Below are positions 7,990-16,793 of a stretch of DNA of 18,180 nucleotides, piece after piece (positions within the stretch are counted from its first letter, which is position 1; every line of letters begins with the position of its first letter). A model generated the notes under the pieces. That model was not told the origin of the DNA. It was given only the letters and a program-made list of their open reading frames with translations, and made no database searches. The translations under genes and the position numbers were made by a program. Source of the DNA: a bacterium (GTDB taxonomy: Bacteria; DRYD01); assembly GCA_039630415.1 (NCBI GenBank), contig JBCNVB010000030.1, forward strand, positions 1-18,180. The letters run 5' to 3'.

Positions 7990-8622
7990 TTATATTACGG
8001 TTGCTATTTCTTCGAAAGAGAATCTGTAGGCTCTAGGTAGGAGTTGTTTGGATTTGTCGTGGTATCCTATGGCTATGATCATTATGGGGATGAGGTGATC
8101 GGGGATTTGGAAAAATTCTTTGAGTTTTTCAGCGTTGAATCCTTCCATTGGGTGTGTTTCTAGGTCGAATATTCTTGCGCATATCATGAGATTCATTGCA
8201 AACATTGCTGCGTCTCTTATGGCTTTTCTTTTTGCTCTTTCTTGATCACTCCATGAGTTTATTATACTTTGTTTTATTTGTTCTTTTTGATCTGAGGTTA
8301 TATAGGATAGTTGTATCCAGCTATCTAGTACTTTATCTACGTTTTCTATGCCTCCTTTTGTATTTGCAAGGATTATTATGTTTGCGGAGGCATCTTCTAC
8401 TTTTTGCTGATCATAGCATATTTCTTTTAGTTTTGATTTTGTTTGTTTGTCTTTAACGATTATGATTTTCCAGGGTTGGAGATTATAGCCAGACGGTGCT
8501 GTAGCTGCTAGTTCCACTACTTGCTTTAGAGTTTCTAAAGATACTTCTTTGTTTGGATCGAAGAAGGTTATTGATCTTCTATTTTTGATTAAATTAATTA
8601 GTTCTTCATTTGTTTTTTGCAT
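7990..8622 (-). CDS. Nitroreductase family protein
   Basis: 210 aa; RRSI..F, APSGYNLQPW, THPMEGF, IAIGY. SD AAGGAGG at 8631-8637. Confidence 0.92.
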   Translation of the reverse strand: MQKTNEELINLIKNRRSITFFDPNKEVSLETLKQVVELAATAPSGYNLQPWKIIIVKDKQTKSKLKEICYDQQKVEDASANIIILANTKGGIENVDKVLDSWIQLSYITSDQKEQIKQSIINSWSDQERAKRKAIRDAAMFAMNLMICARIFDLETHPMEGFNAEKLKEFFQIPDHLIPIMIIAIGYHDKSKQLLPRAYRFSFEEIATVI

Positions 8623-8636
8623 TTTTATACCCTCCT

Positions 8637-9137
8637 TTAGTTTTGTTTTCTTTGGTTTTGTTGAGTGTAGGATTGTATTAGTTTTACCAATTCGGAATAG
8701 TTAAATTGTTTGGCTAGTGATAGTGGTGTAAGGTTTTGGGAATTGGGTATATTGGGGTTTGCACCTTGTTTAAGTAGGGTTTCTACTATTTGTAGATGGT
8801 TTTTGAGGACTGCGTAGTGGAGTGGGGTATTGCCGTATTTATCTTGTTTGTTCAGGTCTGGTTTGTATTGCAAAAGTAGTTTGACTATATCGTAGTGTTC
8901 GTTGTAGCATGCATCGTGTAGGGGTGTATAGCCCATGTTGTTTTGTATGTTTACTGATGCATTGTTTTTGAGGAGAATTTCTGCTAGTTTTTTATATCCT
9001 TTGTAGCAGGCTATGTGTAGGAGTGTGTTACCTAGCTCGTTTTGGTGGTTTATATCTATGAGTTTTTTTTCTATCATGTTTTTTATGATTTTTATTTTAT
9101 TCGTGTGTGCTGCATCAAATGCCTTTTCTATCAGCAT
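8637..9137 (-). CDS. Ankyrin repeat protein (about 4 repeats)
   Basis: GNTLLHIAC, GYTPLHDAC, GNTPLHYAV and NLTPLSLA at about 33-aa spacing. Confidence 0.93.
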   Translation of the reverse strand: MLIEKAFDAAHTNKIKIIKNMIEKKLIDINHQNELGNTLLHIACYKGYKKLAEILLKNNASVNIQNNMGYTPLHDACYNEHYDIVKLLLQYKPDLNKQDKYGNTPLHYAVLKNHLQIVETLLKQGANPNIPNSQNLTPLSLAKQFNYSELVKLIQSYTQQNQRKQN

Positions 9138-9259
9138 TTGCTATATTTTATTTTGGCTCTACAAAAAAATAATTATCTTCCGAAATTTTCTATCCTCTTT
9201 CTTTTGGGTTTTTCTTTTTAGTCAAGGTTTGATTTTGCTAAATGTAGAAAACTATTTTT

Positions 9260-10192
9260 ATGGAATTGAACTGTGTAAGTATTAGTTTGGGGAGTTCTGC
9301 AAGAAACAAAAGTATAAGTTTTGAGGTTTCTAAGGTAAGGGTAAATGTTTGTAGATTTGGGGTAAATGGGGATTTTTTAGTTTTTGCAAAACTGGTAGAG
9401 AGTTTGCAAGATGGAAGTGTGGATTCTATTGGTTTTGGTGGAATCGATCTGGTTTTGTTTTTAGGGGATAAGTTTTTTTTCGTTAAAGATGCATACAAGG
9501 TGTACTCTAAGTCAACTAAGGTACCTATAGTTGATGGGAGTATAACGAAAAGAATACTTGAAAAAATGGTGGTTCAGAAGTTAATCGACGATGGGGTTAT
9601 TAGTTATACTGATAGAGTTTTTTTAGTTAGTTGTTTGGATAGGTTTGAAATTTTGAGAGTTTTAATTCAAAATAAAATTAGGTTTTTAATTGGTGATTTA
9701 GTTTTTAGTTTAGGGGTTAATAAAGTTTTAGAAAGTGTTGAAGATTTGGAAAGTATTGCTTATGTTTTGCTTAAGGATGTTTTGAATTTGCCTTTTGAGT
9801 TTATTTATCCTGTCGGTAGTAAACAAAACAGAGAGGATTTAAAGATTTGCGATATTGTGAGTAACTATGATTTTGATGTTATAGTAGGTGATTTTCACTA
9901 TATTAGAAAAGTTTTGAGATTACTTAAGGGGAAGTTAGTTGTGACGAATACTGTTACTTTGGAAGATATTGAGGATATGAAGTCTGTTGGTGTTAGGGGT
10001 GTTATTAGTATGGGTATATGTTTGAGCAATAGATCTTTTGGAGCGAATGTTTTGGATTGTATTTTTGCGGCTTATTGTAATAAAATAAAGGGGGTTAAGA
10101 TATCACCATTTGATTTTAGGTTTGAGGATTATTTAGAGTTTGTGCGAGATTTTCTAGGTATAAAGGATTTTGCAGGAAATAGAATAGTGTAG
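9260..10192 (+). CDS. Conserved uncharacterised protein (resembles the family often auto-annotated 'quinate 5-dehydrogenase')
   Basis: 310 aa; VSISLGSS.R, G.NGD, GFGGIDL, VPIVDGS, DRF, GDLVFSLG, GDFHYI, VTNTVT, RSFGANV. Family recognised from memory; function not established. Confidence 0.65.
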   Translation: MELNCVSISLGSSARNKSISFEVSKVRVNVCRFGVNGDFLVFAKLVESLQDGSVDSIGFGGIDLVLFLGDKFFFVKDAYKVYSKSTKVPIVDGSITKRILEKMVVQKLIDDGVISYTDRVFLVSCLDRFEILRVLIQNKIRFLIGDLVFSLGVNKVLESVEDLESIAYVLLKDVLNLPFEFIYPVGSKQNREDLKICDIVSNYDFDVIVGDFHYIRKVLRLLKGKLVVTNTVTLEDIEDMKSVGVRGVISMGICLSNRSFGANVLDCIFAAYCNKIKGVKISPFDFRFEDYLEFVRDFLGIKDFAGNRIV

Positions 10193-10214
10193 TAGAAAAA
10201 ATAACAAAGAGCGT

Positions 10215-10997
10215 ATGGAGAATATAGGGTTAAAGGCTTTAGTTTTTTATTTATTAATATTTGCGCGTATAGCTGGGATGGTTTTGCAGGCTCCACTTTT
10301 TGCTAGTCCACACCTAAATGCTCCTGCTAAAATTGGACTAATAGGTTCTATTTCATTACTCCTTTTCTTCATTTTACCTATGCCTGAAGTATCTTTAGAC
10401 ATGGGATGGATAGTTTTTAATGTCATAAAGGAATTTTTTATAGGTTTGGTTATGGGTTACTTTTGCATATTTATTTTGAATGCGATACAGGGTGGAGGGA
10501 CTATACTGGACCAGCAGTTGGGGTTATCAGCGGGTTCTACATTTGATCCACAACTTGGTGCAGTAAACATAAGCTCTAGATTTATGTTTTACTTTGCTTT
10601 TACTATTTTTATTCTCTGTGGAGGATTTTATTTGATACTGGAGGCTATAAAATTTTCGTTTAATATTTTGCCTGTAGCAGGTGGGTATTCGATAGGGAAG
10701 GAATTTTTTGATCAGATTATTGGTTTAACGACGAAGTTTTTTTATATTGGTTTGCATGTTGTGGGTGCGGTTGTGGTGGCTATATTTGTTGGTCAGGTTG
10801 GGTTAGGGTTAATTGCTAGAGTTGCACCTCAATCTAACGTTTTTATGCTCTCTTTTCCTGTTAACTTTATGCTTGGAATCTTTGTTTTTTCTACGATAGT
10901 TTATGCTATGTACTATATACTGACTGATCATTATTTTACGGTTGATTACTATGGTGGATTAATAGCTAATGTACTTAAAAGTATGGTTATAAAATAA
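10215..10997 (+). CDS. fliR: Flagellar export gate protein FliR (FliR/SctT family)
   Basis: 260 aa hydrophobic; LIFARIAG...APLF, EFFIGLVMG, GG.ILDQQLGL...FDP, GLIARVAPQSNVF.LSFP. Confidence 0.88.
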   Translation: MENIGLKALVFYLLIFARIAGMVLQAPLFASPHLNAPAKIGLIGSISLLLFFILPMPEVSLDMGWIVFNVIKEFFIGLVMGYFCIFILNAIQGGGTILDQQLGLSAGSTFDPQLGAVNISSRFMFYFAFTIFILCGGFYLILEAIKFSFNILPVAGGYSIGKEFFDQIIGLTTKFFYIGLHVVGAVVVAIFVGQVGLGLIARVAPQSNVFMLSFPVNFMLGIFVFSTIVYAMYYILTDHYFTVDYYGGLIANVLKSMVIK

Positions 10998-11020
10998 AAA
11001 AAATTACTGGGGGGTACAAA

Positions 11021-12334
11021 ATGTCAAACATCCTGGAACAAAAAGATAGGACTCAAACATTGAAAGATGTAAAAATAGAAATAACCAAAGAAGAGATAGA
11101 TGAAATGTATGGGAAGTTAATGAGAGAGATTCAGAAGGATTTTGTTGCTCCGGGATTTAGAAAGGGTAAAGTTCCTTTTAACGTCATAGAAAATAGGCTT
11201 GGACAGAATTATATCTTTCAAAAGCTGGTAGAAAATGCTATTGACAAGTCTATTAAAGATTATTTGATGTCTCTTAATCAAAATGTTATATCAATTGTCA
11301 ATATAAAGCTTGAAAATGCCTCTTATCAATCGATCGTATATTTTATGACGTTGGAGGTAGAACCGATTATAAATATACCTGAGGATATAGAGGTGGAAGT
11401 GCATAAGGTAGATTTCAATGTAGATGAGGAGGTACAAAAAAGGTTTGATCAGGTAAGAGAGCAATTTGCTTCTTTTGTGGAAATAGATAGGGAGATAAAA
11501 GATGGGGATAGAGTGGATATATACTTTGAAATAAGGGATCTAGCAACAGATTCTCTGCTTGCTGGGGGAGACAATAATGTATACCAGGTAATGGCCATAA
11601 AGGACATGCTATTACCAGGGGTATACGAGAACATAATAGGAATGAGGAAAGAGGAGCAGAAAGAATTTGAAATAGATGGTCCATCTAATATAGAGCAATT
11701 CAAGGATAAAAAGCTCAAAGTCAAAATAAAGGTATCTAATGTTCTCGAAAAGAGGTTACCAAATGACGAGGAACTTGCTAAATTAGTTAACTATAAATCA
11801 ATAGAAGATTTGAGAAAGGATATAAGAAGGTCGGTAGAGCAGGATAAAGAGTTAACTCAAAAAGATCTGATATTTTCCAGATATATACTCTCCATTAAGG
11901 AAAAAGTTGATTTTGAGATTCCAGAAACTTTATTAAAAAGAGAGAAAGAGTTTCAGAAATCAAATATAATTAAAATTTTAAATAATCAGGGAAGGACGCT
12001 GGAAGATTATCTGAAATCGTCCAATTTATCAAATGAAGAATTCGAAAAAAATATTGAAAACATTTCAAAGGAAAACATAAAGAGAATGATAATCATAAAT
12101 AATCTGATAAGGAAGTATAACATTTCAATTGACAACGTTGATTTAGAGTACTATCTCAAGAACGATATTCAAACTCAAAGATATGTTTTTGAACTGTCTC
12201 AATTAAAGCTGGGACAAGAGGAAATGAATTATAGGCTATCTCAATTTGTAATGATAAGAAAGTTGAAAGATGAAGTTTGTAAGAATGTAAAGGTAAAATA
12301 TATTGTTTCCAGTCCATCGGAAGTAAGTTCCTAG
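11021..12334 (+). CDS. tig: Trigger factor
   Basis: 437 aa; ribosome-binding PGFRKGKVP, FKBP-like middle region (GDRV.I.F, LLPG..E.IIGM), C-terminal FEIPETLL. Confidence 0.92.
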   Translation: MSNILEQKDRTQTLKDVKIEITKEEIDEMYGKLMREIQKDFVAPGFRKGKVPFNVIENRLGQNYIFQKLVENAIDKSIKDYLMSLNQNVISIVNIKLENASYQSIVYFMTLEVEPIINIPEDIEVEVHKVDFNVDEEVQKRFDQVREQFASFVEIDREIKDGDRVDIYFEIRDLATDSLLAGGDNNVYQVMAIKDMLLPGVYENIIGMRKEEQKEFEIDGPSNIEQFKDKKLKVKIKVSNVLEKRLPNDEELAKLVNYKSIEDLRKDIRRSVEQDKELTQKDLIFSRYILSIKEKVDFEIPETLLKREKEFQKSNIIKILNNQGRTLEDYLKSSNLSNEEFEKNIENISKENIKRMIIINNLIRKYNISIDNVDLEYYLKNDIQTQRYVFELSQLKLGQEEMNYRLSQFVMIRKLKDEVCKNVKVKYIVSSPSEVSS

Positions 12335-12352
12335 TTTTCAGAGAAGTTAGGT

Positions 12353-13771
12353 TTGAAAATAGATAGCATATTACTTAGTAGAATTCAGAGCACTATAGAG
12401 AAGTATAGTCTTATACAGTCTGGTGATAGATTACTTTTAATGTGCTCTGGAGGTCCTGATAGTACTTTTCTTCTTTTTGTTCTTAACCATTTGAAAACTA
12501 AGTATGATTTTTCTTTATCGGTTTTTCACCTAGATCATTGTATTCGAGAAGATTCATATAAAGAAAAGGAATTGATAGGAAAGTATTGTGAACTTTTGAA
12601 ACTAGATTTGTATAGTTTTAAAAAAAATATTTTAGAAATTTCAAAAAAGTTAAAGAGGAGTATAGAGGAAGCTGGTAGATTGATTAGATATACATTAGCC
12701 AAGGAAGTAGCTAGGAGAAATGGATATAATAAGCTAGTTACAGCCCATAACTTGGATGATCTGATATCCTCTTTCTTAATTAATCTGATCAAAAAAAGAC
12801 ATTATATCAATTTTTTTAATCTGAGACCAATTATGGTATGGGGAAGTATTCCTGTAATTAGGCCTTTAGTTTTTATACCTAAAAAGCTAATACTTTCAAA
12901 CCTTGACGATAATCAGGTTGAGTATATATTGGACTATACCAATCAAGATTTTAGGTATCTTAGAAATTTGGTTAATACTAAGGCTTCTCGTTTTGTAGTT
13001 GACTTGATTGAGAATTATGAACCTATCGATTTATTTGAAAACATTTTCAACTTTTGTGATCAGTATGTAAAGAGTTTACTGGAGGGTATTGAAGTACAAA
13101 ATATGGGTCAAAGGAGCTTTAGGATCAGATTTAAGGATAATTACTGCGGTAATTTTTTTATGGTGGAATCATTATTTTTTATGATCAAGCGAATAATTAA
13201 TAAACCTATAAAACTTTCTGTAGTGGAAAGTGTTTTAAGAAATCAAACTGTAACCATATCTAAAGGTTGGAATTTGCATAAGGTTGATGACAAACAGTTT
13301 GTTTTGGAATATTTCCCATACAGGATAAAGGAAGTTATCATAAGCAAACGAAGCAGAGAAGAGATTTATGATTTGAATGACCTTAGGGTAAGGGTTAAAA
13401 TTTTGAAGAAGATTAGAGATTTTAGTGAGATATCTAGTTTTTTTGATGAGGATATCAAGCGGAAAATAAGGGATAATCCTAACTATTTTGTTATTCCTTT
13501 TTGTGAGTATTTAAGGATAAGGTCAAGAAGGGAAGGTGATTACTTTTTACCCTTTGGTTTGAAAGGGAAGCGTCAGAAATTGAAAAAATTCCTAATAGAT
13601 AAGAAAGTGAAGAGTTACGAAAAGAATAGATGCATAGTTTTTGAGGATAGTTATGGGATAGCGGGTGTATGGTGTTACCAAAGTAATGTAAAAAGAGCAA
13701 GAGAAATTATGGTGGATAATAACGAATCAGTCCCTAAAGACTGGTTTTTAGCGGAGTTAACTATACTATGA
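12353..13771 (+). CDS. tilS: tRNA(Ile)-lysidine synthetase
   Basis: 472 aa, TTG start; PP-loop SGGPDS, HLDH.IR, EEAGR..RY, TAHNLDD, IRPL, D.TN...Y.RN, and C-terminal R.RREGD.F.P.G..G..QKLKKFLID.KV. Confidence 0.9.
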   Translation: MKIDSILLSRIQSTIEKYSLIQSGDRLLLMCSGGPDSTFLLFVLNHLKTKYDFSLSVFHLDHCIREDSYKEKELIGKYCELLKLDLYSFKKNILEISKKLKRSIEEAGRLIRYTLAKEVARRNGYNKLVTAHNLDDLISSFLINLIKKRHYINFFNLRPIMVWGSIPVIRPLVFIPKKLILSNLDDNQVEYILDYTNQDFRYLRNLVNTKASRFVVDLIENYEPIDLFENIFNFCDQYVKSLLEGIEVQNMGQRSFRIRFKDNYCGNFFMVESLFFMIKRIINKPIKLSVVESVLRNQTVTISKGWNLHKVDDKQFVLEYFPYRIKEVIISKRSREEIYDLNDLRVRVKILKKIRDFSEISSFFDEDIKRKIRDNPNYFVIPFCEYLRIRSRREGDYFLPFGLKGKRQKLKKFLIDKKVKSYEKNRCIVFEDSYGIAGVWCYQSNVKRAREIMVDNNESVPKDWFLAELTIL

Positions 13772-14406
13772 TTGAGTTTTTTCAAAAGTTAGCGTATTAC
13801 TTGGTAACTATGTTCGTAATAATAGACCCTGTGGGTATTATTCCGATATTTATTTCCATCACAGTTGGTGTATCTAGAAGGTTTAAGAAGATGTTAGCGA
13901 GAAAAGCGGTTATGTTTTCAATTGGTATTGTTATTATTTTTTTCATTTTTGGGGATAGTTTGTTAAAGTTTTTGGGTATAGATTTGAATGCTTTTAAGGT
14001 TGCTGGAGGTATTGTATTATTTATACTTGCTATGGAGATGTTATTTGCTTCGGAAAAACCAACCAAAATGACTCCTCAAGAAAGGGAAGAGATAAGGGAG
14101 CAAATGTTGGAAGAACAAGGTGTTTGGATTGTTCCTTTGTCTATTCCTGCTCTAACAGGACCTGTAACCATGTCTAGTATTATCATCTTTACTTCTCAGG
14201 AAAAAGATATTCTCATGAAGCTTACTATTCCTATTGCCTGTATTATATGCCTTGTTATTTCCTATTACCTTATGATATTCGCAGATAAGATAATTAATCG
14301 CTTTGGAAATGCAGGAATAAATGCTGTTTCCAGAATTATGGGAATTGTGCTACTTTCTATAGCTATCAAAATATGCGTTTCGGGAGTTAAAGAACTATGG
14401 AACTAG
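13768..14406 (+). CDS. MarC family integral membrane protein
   Basis: 212 aa; IIDPVG.IP.F, FKVAGGIVLF..A.EM, VPLSIP.LTGP, SRIMG.VL..IA. ATGA overlap with tilS. Confidence 0.9.
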   Translation: MIEFFQKLAYYLVTMFVIIDPVGIIPIFISITVGVSRRFKKMLARKAVMFSIGIVIIFFIFGDSLLKFLGIDLNAFKVAGGIVLFILAMEMLFASEKPTKMTPQEREEIREQMLEEQGVWIVPLSIPALTGPVTMSSIIIFTSQEKDILMKLTIPIACIICLVISYYLMIFADKIINRFGNAGINAVSRIMGIVLLSIAIKICVSGVKELWN

Positions 14407-15230
14407 ATAAAATTTTTGATAGTATTCTTGAGTTTTCTAAAAAACAAAAGTTTTTACCTGAATTATATGAGGCTTTTTCTATACTTTTTCATAGAAGTAA
14501 AGGAACATATAAACTGGTTTGGTATATTACTGCTGTTTGTATTATGATGATTGTAATGTTAATTTCTTTTGTGATTTTTTCGCTGTTTAACTGCCTTGCA
14601 GTTGTGAATAGTTTGACAAATGTAAATATACTGACATTAGTTTTTTTCATTATTTCTATTTTTGTGGTTAGTGTATTAATTACTCCTTTTTTGCATGGAT
14701 ATGCTCGTATGGTGAGTAAGGATATTTTTGAATCCTTAAAATCTGATTTGTATGATTTTTTGTTTTTCCTTCATGATTTTGATGAGAATAAAAAGGTGTA
14801 TTTATTGTGGGCAATGATTTTGTCTTTTATATGTGTTCTTTTGTTTTGTACTTCTTGGTTATTCAGTTTGGGTTTAAGTTATTGGTTAAGTAGTTTTTTG
14901 CCAAAAGTAGTTGTGGTTTATCCTTTGCTTTCTTTTTTAATTAGATTTTTGATTATTAGTATAGTTTTCTCTATTGTTTTCCCTTTTATTTTCACTGTTT
15001 TGCTGGTTTTTGTTAATAACTTTGGTGGATCTGGTATTAAGCATTTTAAGTTTGTAGATATTGGCCTTGTTATTACTAAAAGTTTAAAGGTTTATTTTAT
15101 GAATTTTGTAAAATTTCTACTGATAGGTTTTCTGTGTTCGATCGGATTAGTGAGTATTTTAGGTAATTTAGTTACTTTCCCCCTGGGTTTTTTAATGGTG
15201 GGTATATCTTACAAAAATACTAAATCATAA
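14397..15230 (+). CDS. Hypothetical multi-pass membrane protein
   Basis: 277 aa with about 5-6 hydrophobic segments; start overlaps the MarC gene end; no family recognised. Confidence 0.7.
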   Translation: MELDKIFDSILEFSKKQKFLPELYEAFSILFHRSKGTYKLVWYITAVCIMMIVMLISFVIFSLFNCLAVVNSLTNVNILTLVFFIISIFVVSVLITPFLHGYARMVSKDIFESLKSDLYDFLFFLHDFDENKKVYLLWAMILSFICVLLFCTSWLFSLGLSYWLSSFLPKVVVVYPLLSFLIRFLIISIVFSIVFPFIFTVLLVFVNNFGGSGIKHFKFVDIGLVITKSLKVYFMNFVKFLLIGFLCSIGLVSILGNLVTFPLGFLMVGISYKNTKS

Positions 15231-15260
15231 TTAAGGGACTATTAGGAGCTAGGGGGATAG

Positions 15261-16733
15261 ATGAGATCTTTATTCGGAATATGGATACTAATTTTAGTAA
15301 GTATGGGTTTGTTTTATGCTTGCAATGGGGGATCGGGATTTACCAATCCACCTTGTGTCAGATCTGATAGTCAACAAACACTTATACTTAATGCTAGATG
15401 TGGGGATCAGTTAAGACCTAGTGTTTCCATAAGAGGAATTGTATCTAAATCTTTTGGAAATACTAGAAATAGAGATATTGATAATGTTGATGAATCGGAA
15501 GATCATAGCGATACAACCTTTATAATTGATCTAAACTCTACAAGAGAATAGGGAATAGGAATTGCTGCTGATAATCAGCAAAGAGTTTATATAGTAGGGT
15601 ACAACGATCAAGCAGGAAAAGGAAAAGAAGATTTGGGTACTGATAATCTGGTTGTTATTAGGCTAAATCCTGATGGATCTTTGGATAGCTCTTTGGGTGC
15701 ACAGGGTATTGTTATATTAAACTCGATTGATAAAAAACTTAAGTGGGTGAGAAGTGGAGGATGTGATATTTTCCCATGTGACGATAGCTTTTTTATTGTC
15801 GGAACTGCTAATGAATTATCAGAAAAAACAAGCATATATGAGTTGGTTGTTTTGAAAATGGATCCGAATGGTAACCCTGACACTTCTTTCGGTCAAGGTG
15901 GATACTTCGTTCTGGATAATTCTTATCCAGATATTGCTAATTCAATTTATGTGTATAATAGCAGAGTATATGTATCTGGAGAAATTTATCCAAAACCTTC
16001 ATCTTCAGATGCACTAGTTCTAAGTTTGGATTATAGTGGTAATTTAATAGATAGTGTAAAATTTGGAAAGGCTGACAAGAATGATAAAGGTAGTAGTATT
16101 TTTGTAGATTTGCAAAATAGGATATATATGAGTGGTTTTAGTGGTGGTGAGTTGTTAGTAAGTAGATTTATAGATAGTGGTAGTAGTTTGGATTTTGATA
16201 ATAGCTTTGATGGAGATGGTATAGCTACTTTTGATGGTTTAGCAGGATCTGTAGGTAGAGAAGAAGCAACACGTATAATGACTGATAATAGTAATCAAAT
16301 TTATGTATGTGGATACTGTGAAAAGAGTAAGGGTGTGGAAAATATGATAGTGTTGAGATTAAGACAGGATGGAAGTATTGATACCAGTTTTGCTCAAGAA
16401 GGAGTTTTTGTCCCATTTGGTTATCAGGCTGGGAATATTAATGGTAGAGCAACTGGTTTGGCCATTAACAGTAATGGTGAAATATTTGTTGCTGGAAATG
16501 CTGTCCCACTAAAAAGTCAAGAACAGTTTGTTGTGTTATTCAAACTAAATTCTCAGGGTCAATTGGATAATTCGTTTGGAAATAATGGATATTTGATATT
16601 GGACAGTATAGCAGGAGCAAAAGATGAAGATATTGTAAACCATATGATTATAGATCGTTTTGGTAGGATGTTTATAACTGGTGCTAGTATGGGTTATAGT
16701 GGGTTAGACCTTTTTGTAGTAAGAATAGAGTAA
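15261..16733 (+). pseudogene. Delta-60-like repeat beta-propeller lipoprotein, paralog 1, interrupted by one in-frame TAG (15549-15551)
   Basis: ORFs 15261-15551 and 15633-16733 are in the same frame. The gap reads GIGIAADNQQRVYIVGYNDQAGKGKED with no other stop. Signal peptide with lipobox-like FYA-C; repeats of RL..DGS.D.SFG..G; collinear with the downstream paralog. Confidence 0.8.
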
Positions 16734-16793
16734 TTATGGTAGAAGGAAGGAAAGAAAATACATTGAATTATTTAGAGAGTATATTGAATAAGT

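Noticed and set aside
10190-14406. Genome-wide TAG reassignment explaining the stop at 15549
   Set aside because: TAG ends the 310-aa gene (TAG TAG), tig and the MarC gene at plausible C-termini.
5725-16416. Other short overlapping ORFs inside the permease, glgA, nitroreductase, ankyrin, tig, tilS, MarC and lipoprotein genes
   Set aside because: They overlap well-supported genes and have no recognisable motifs.
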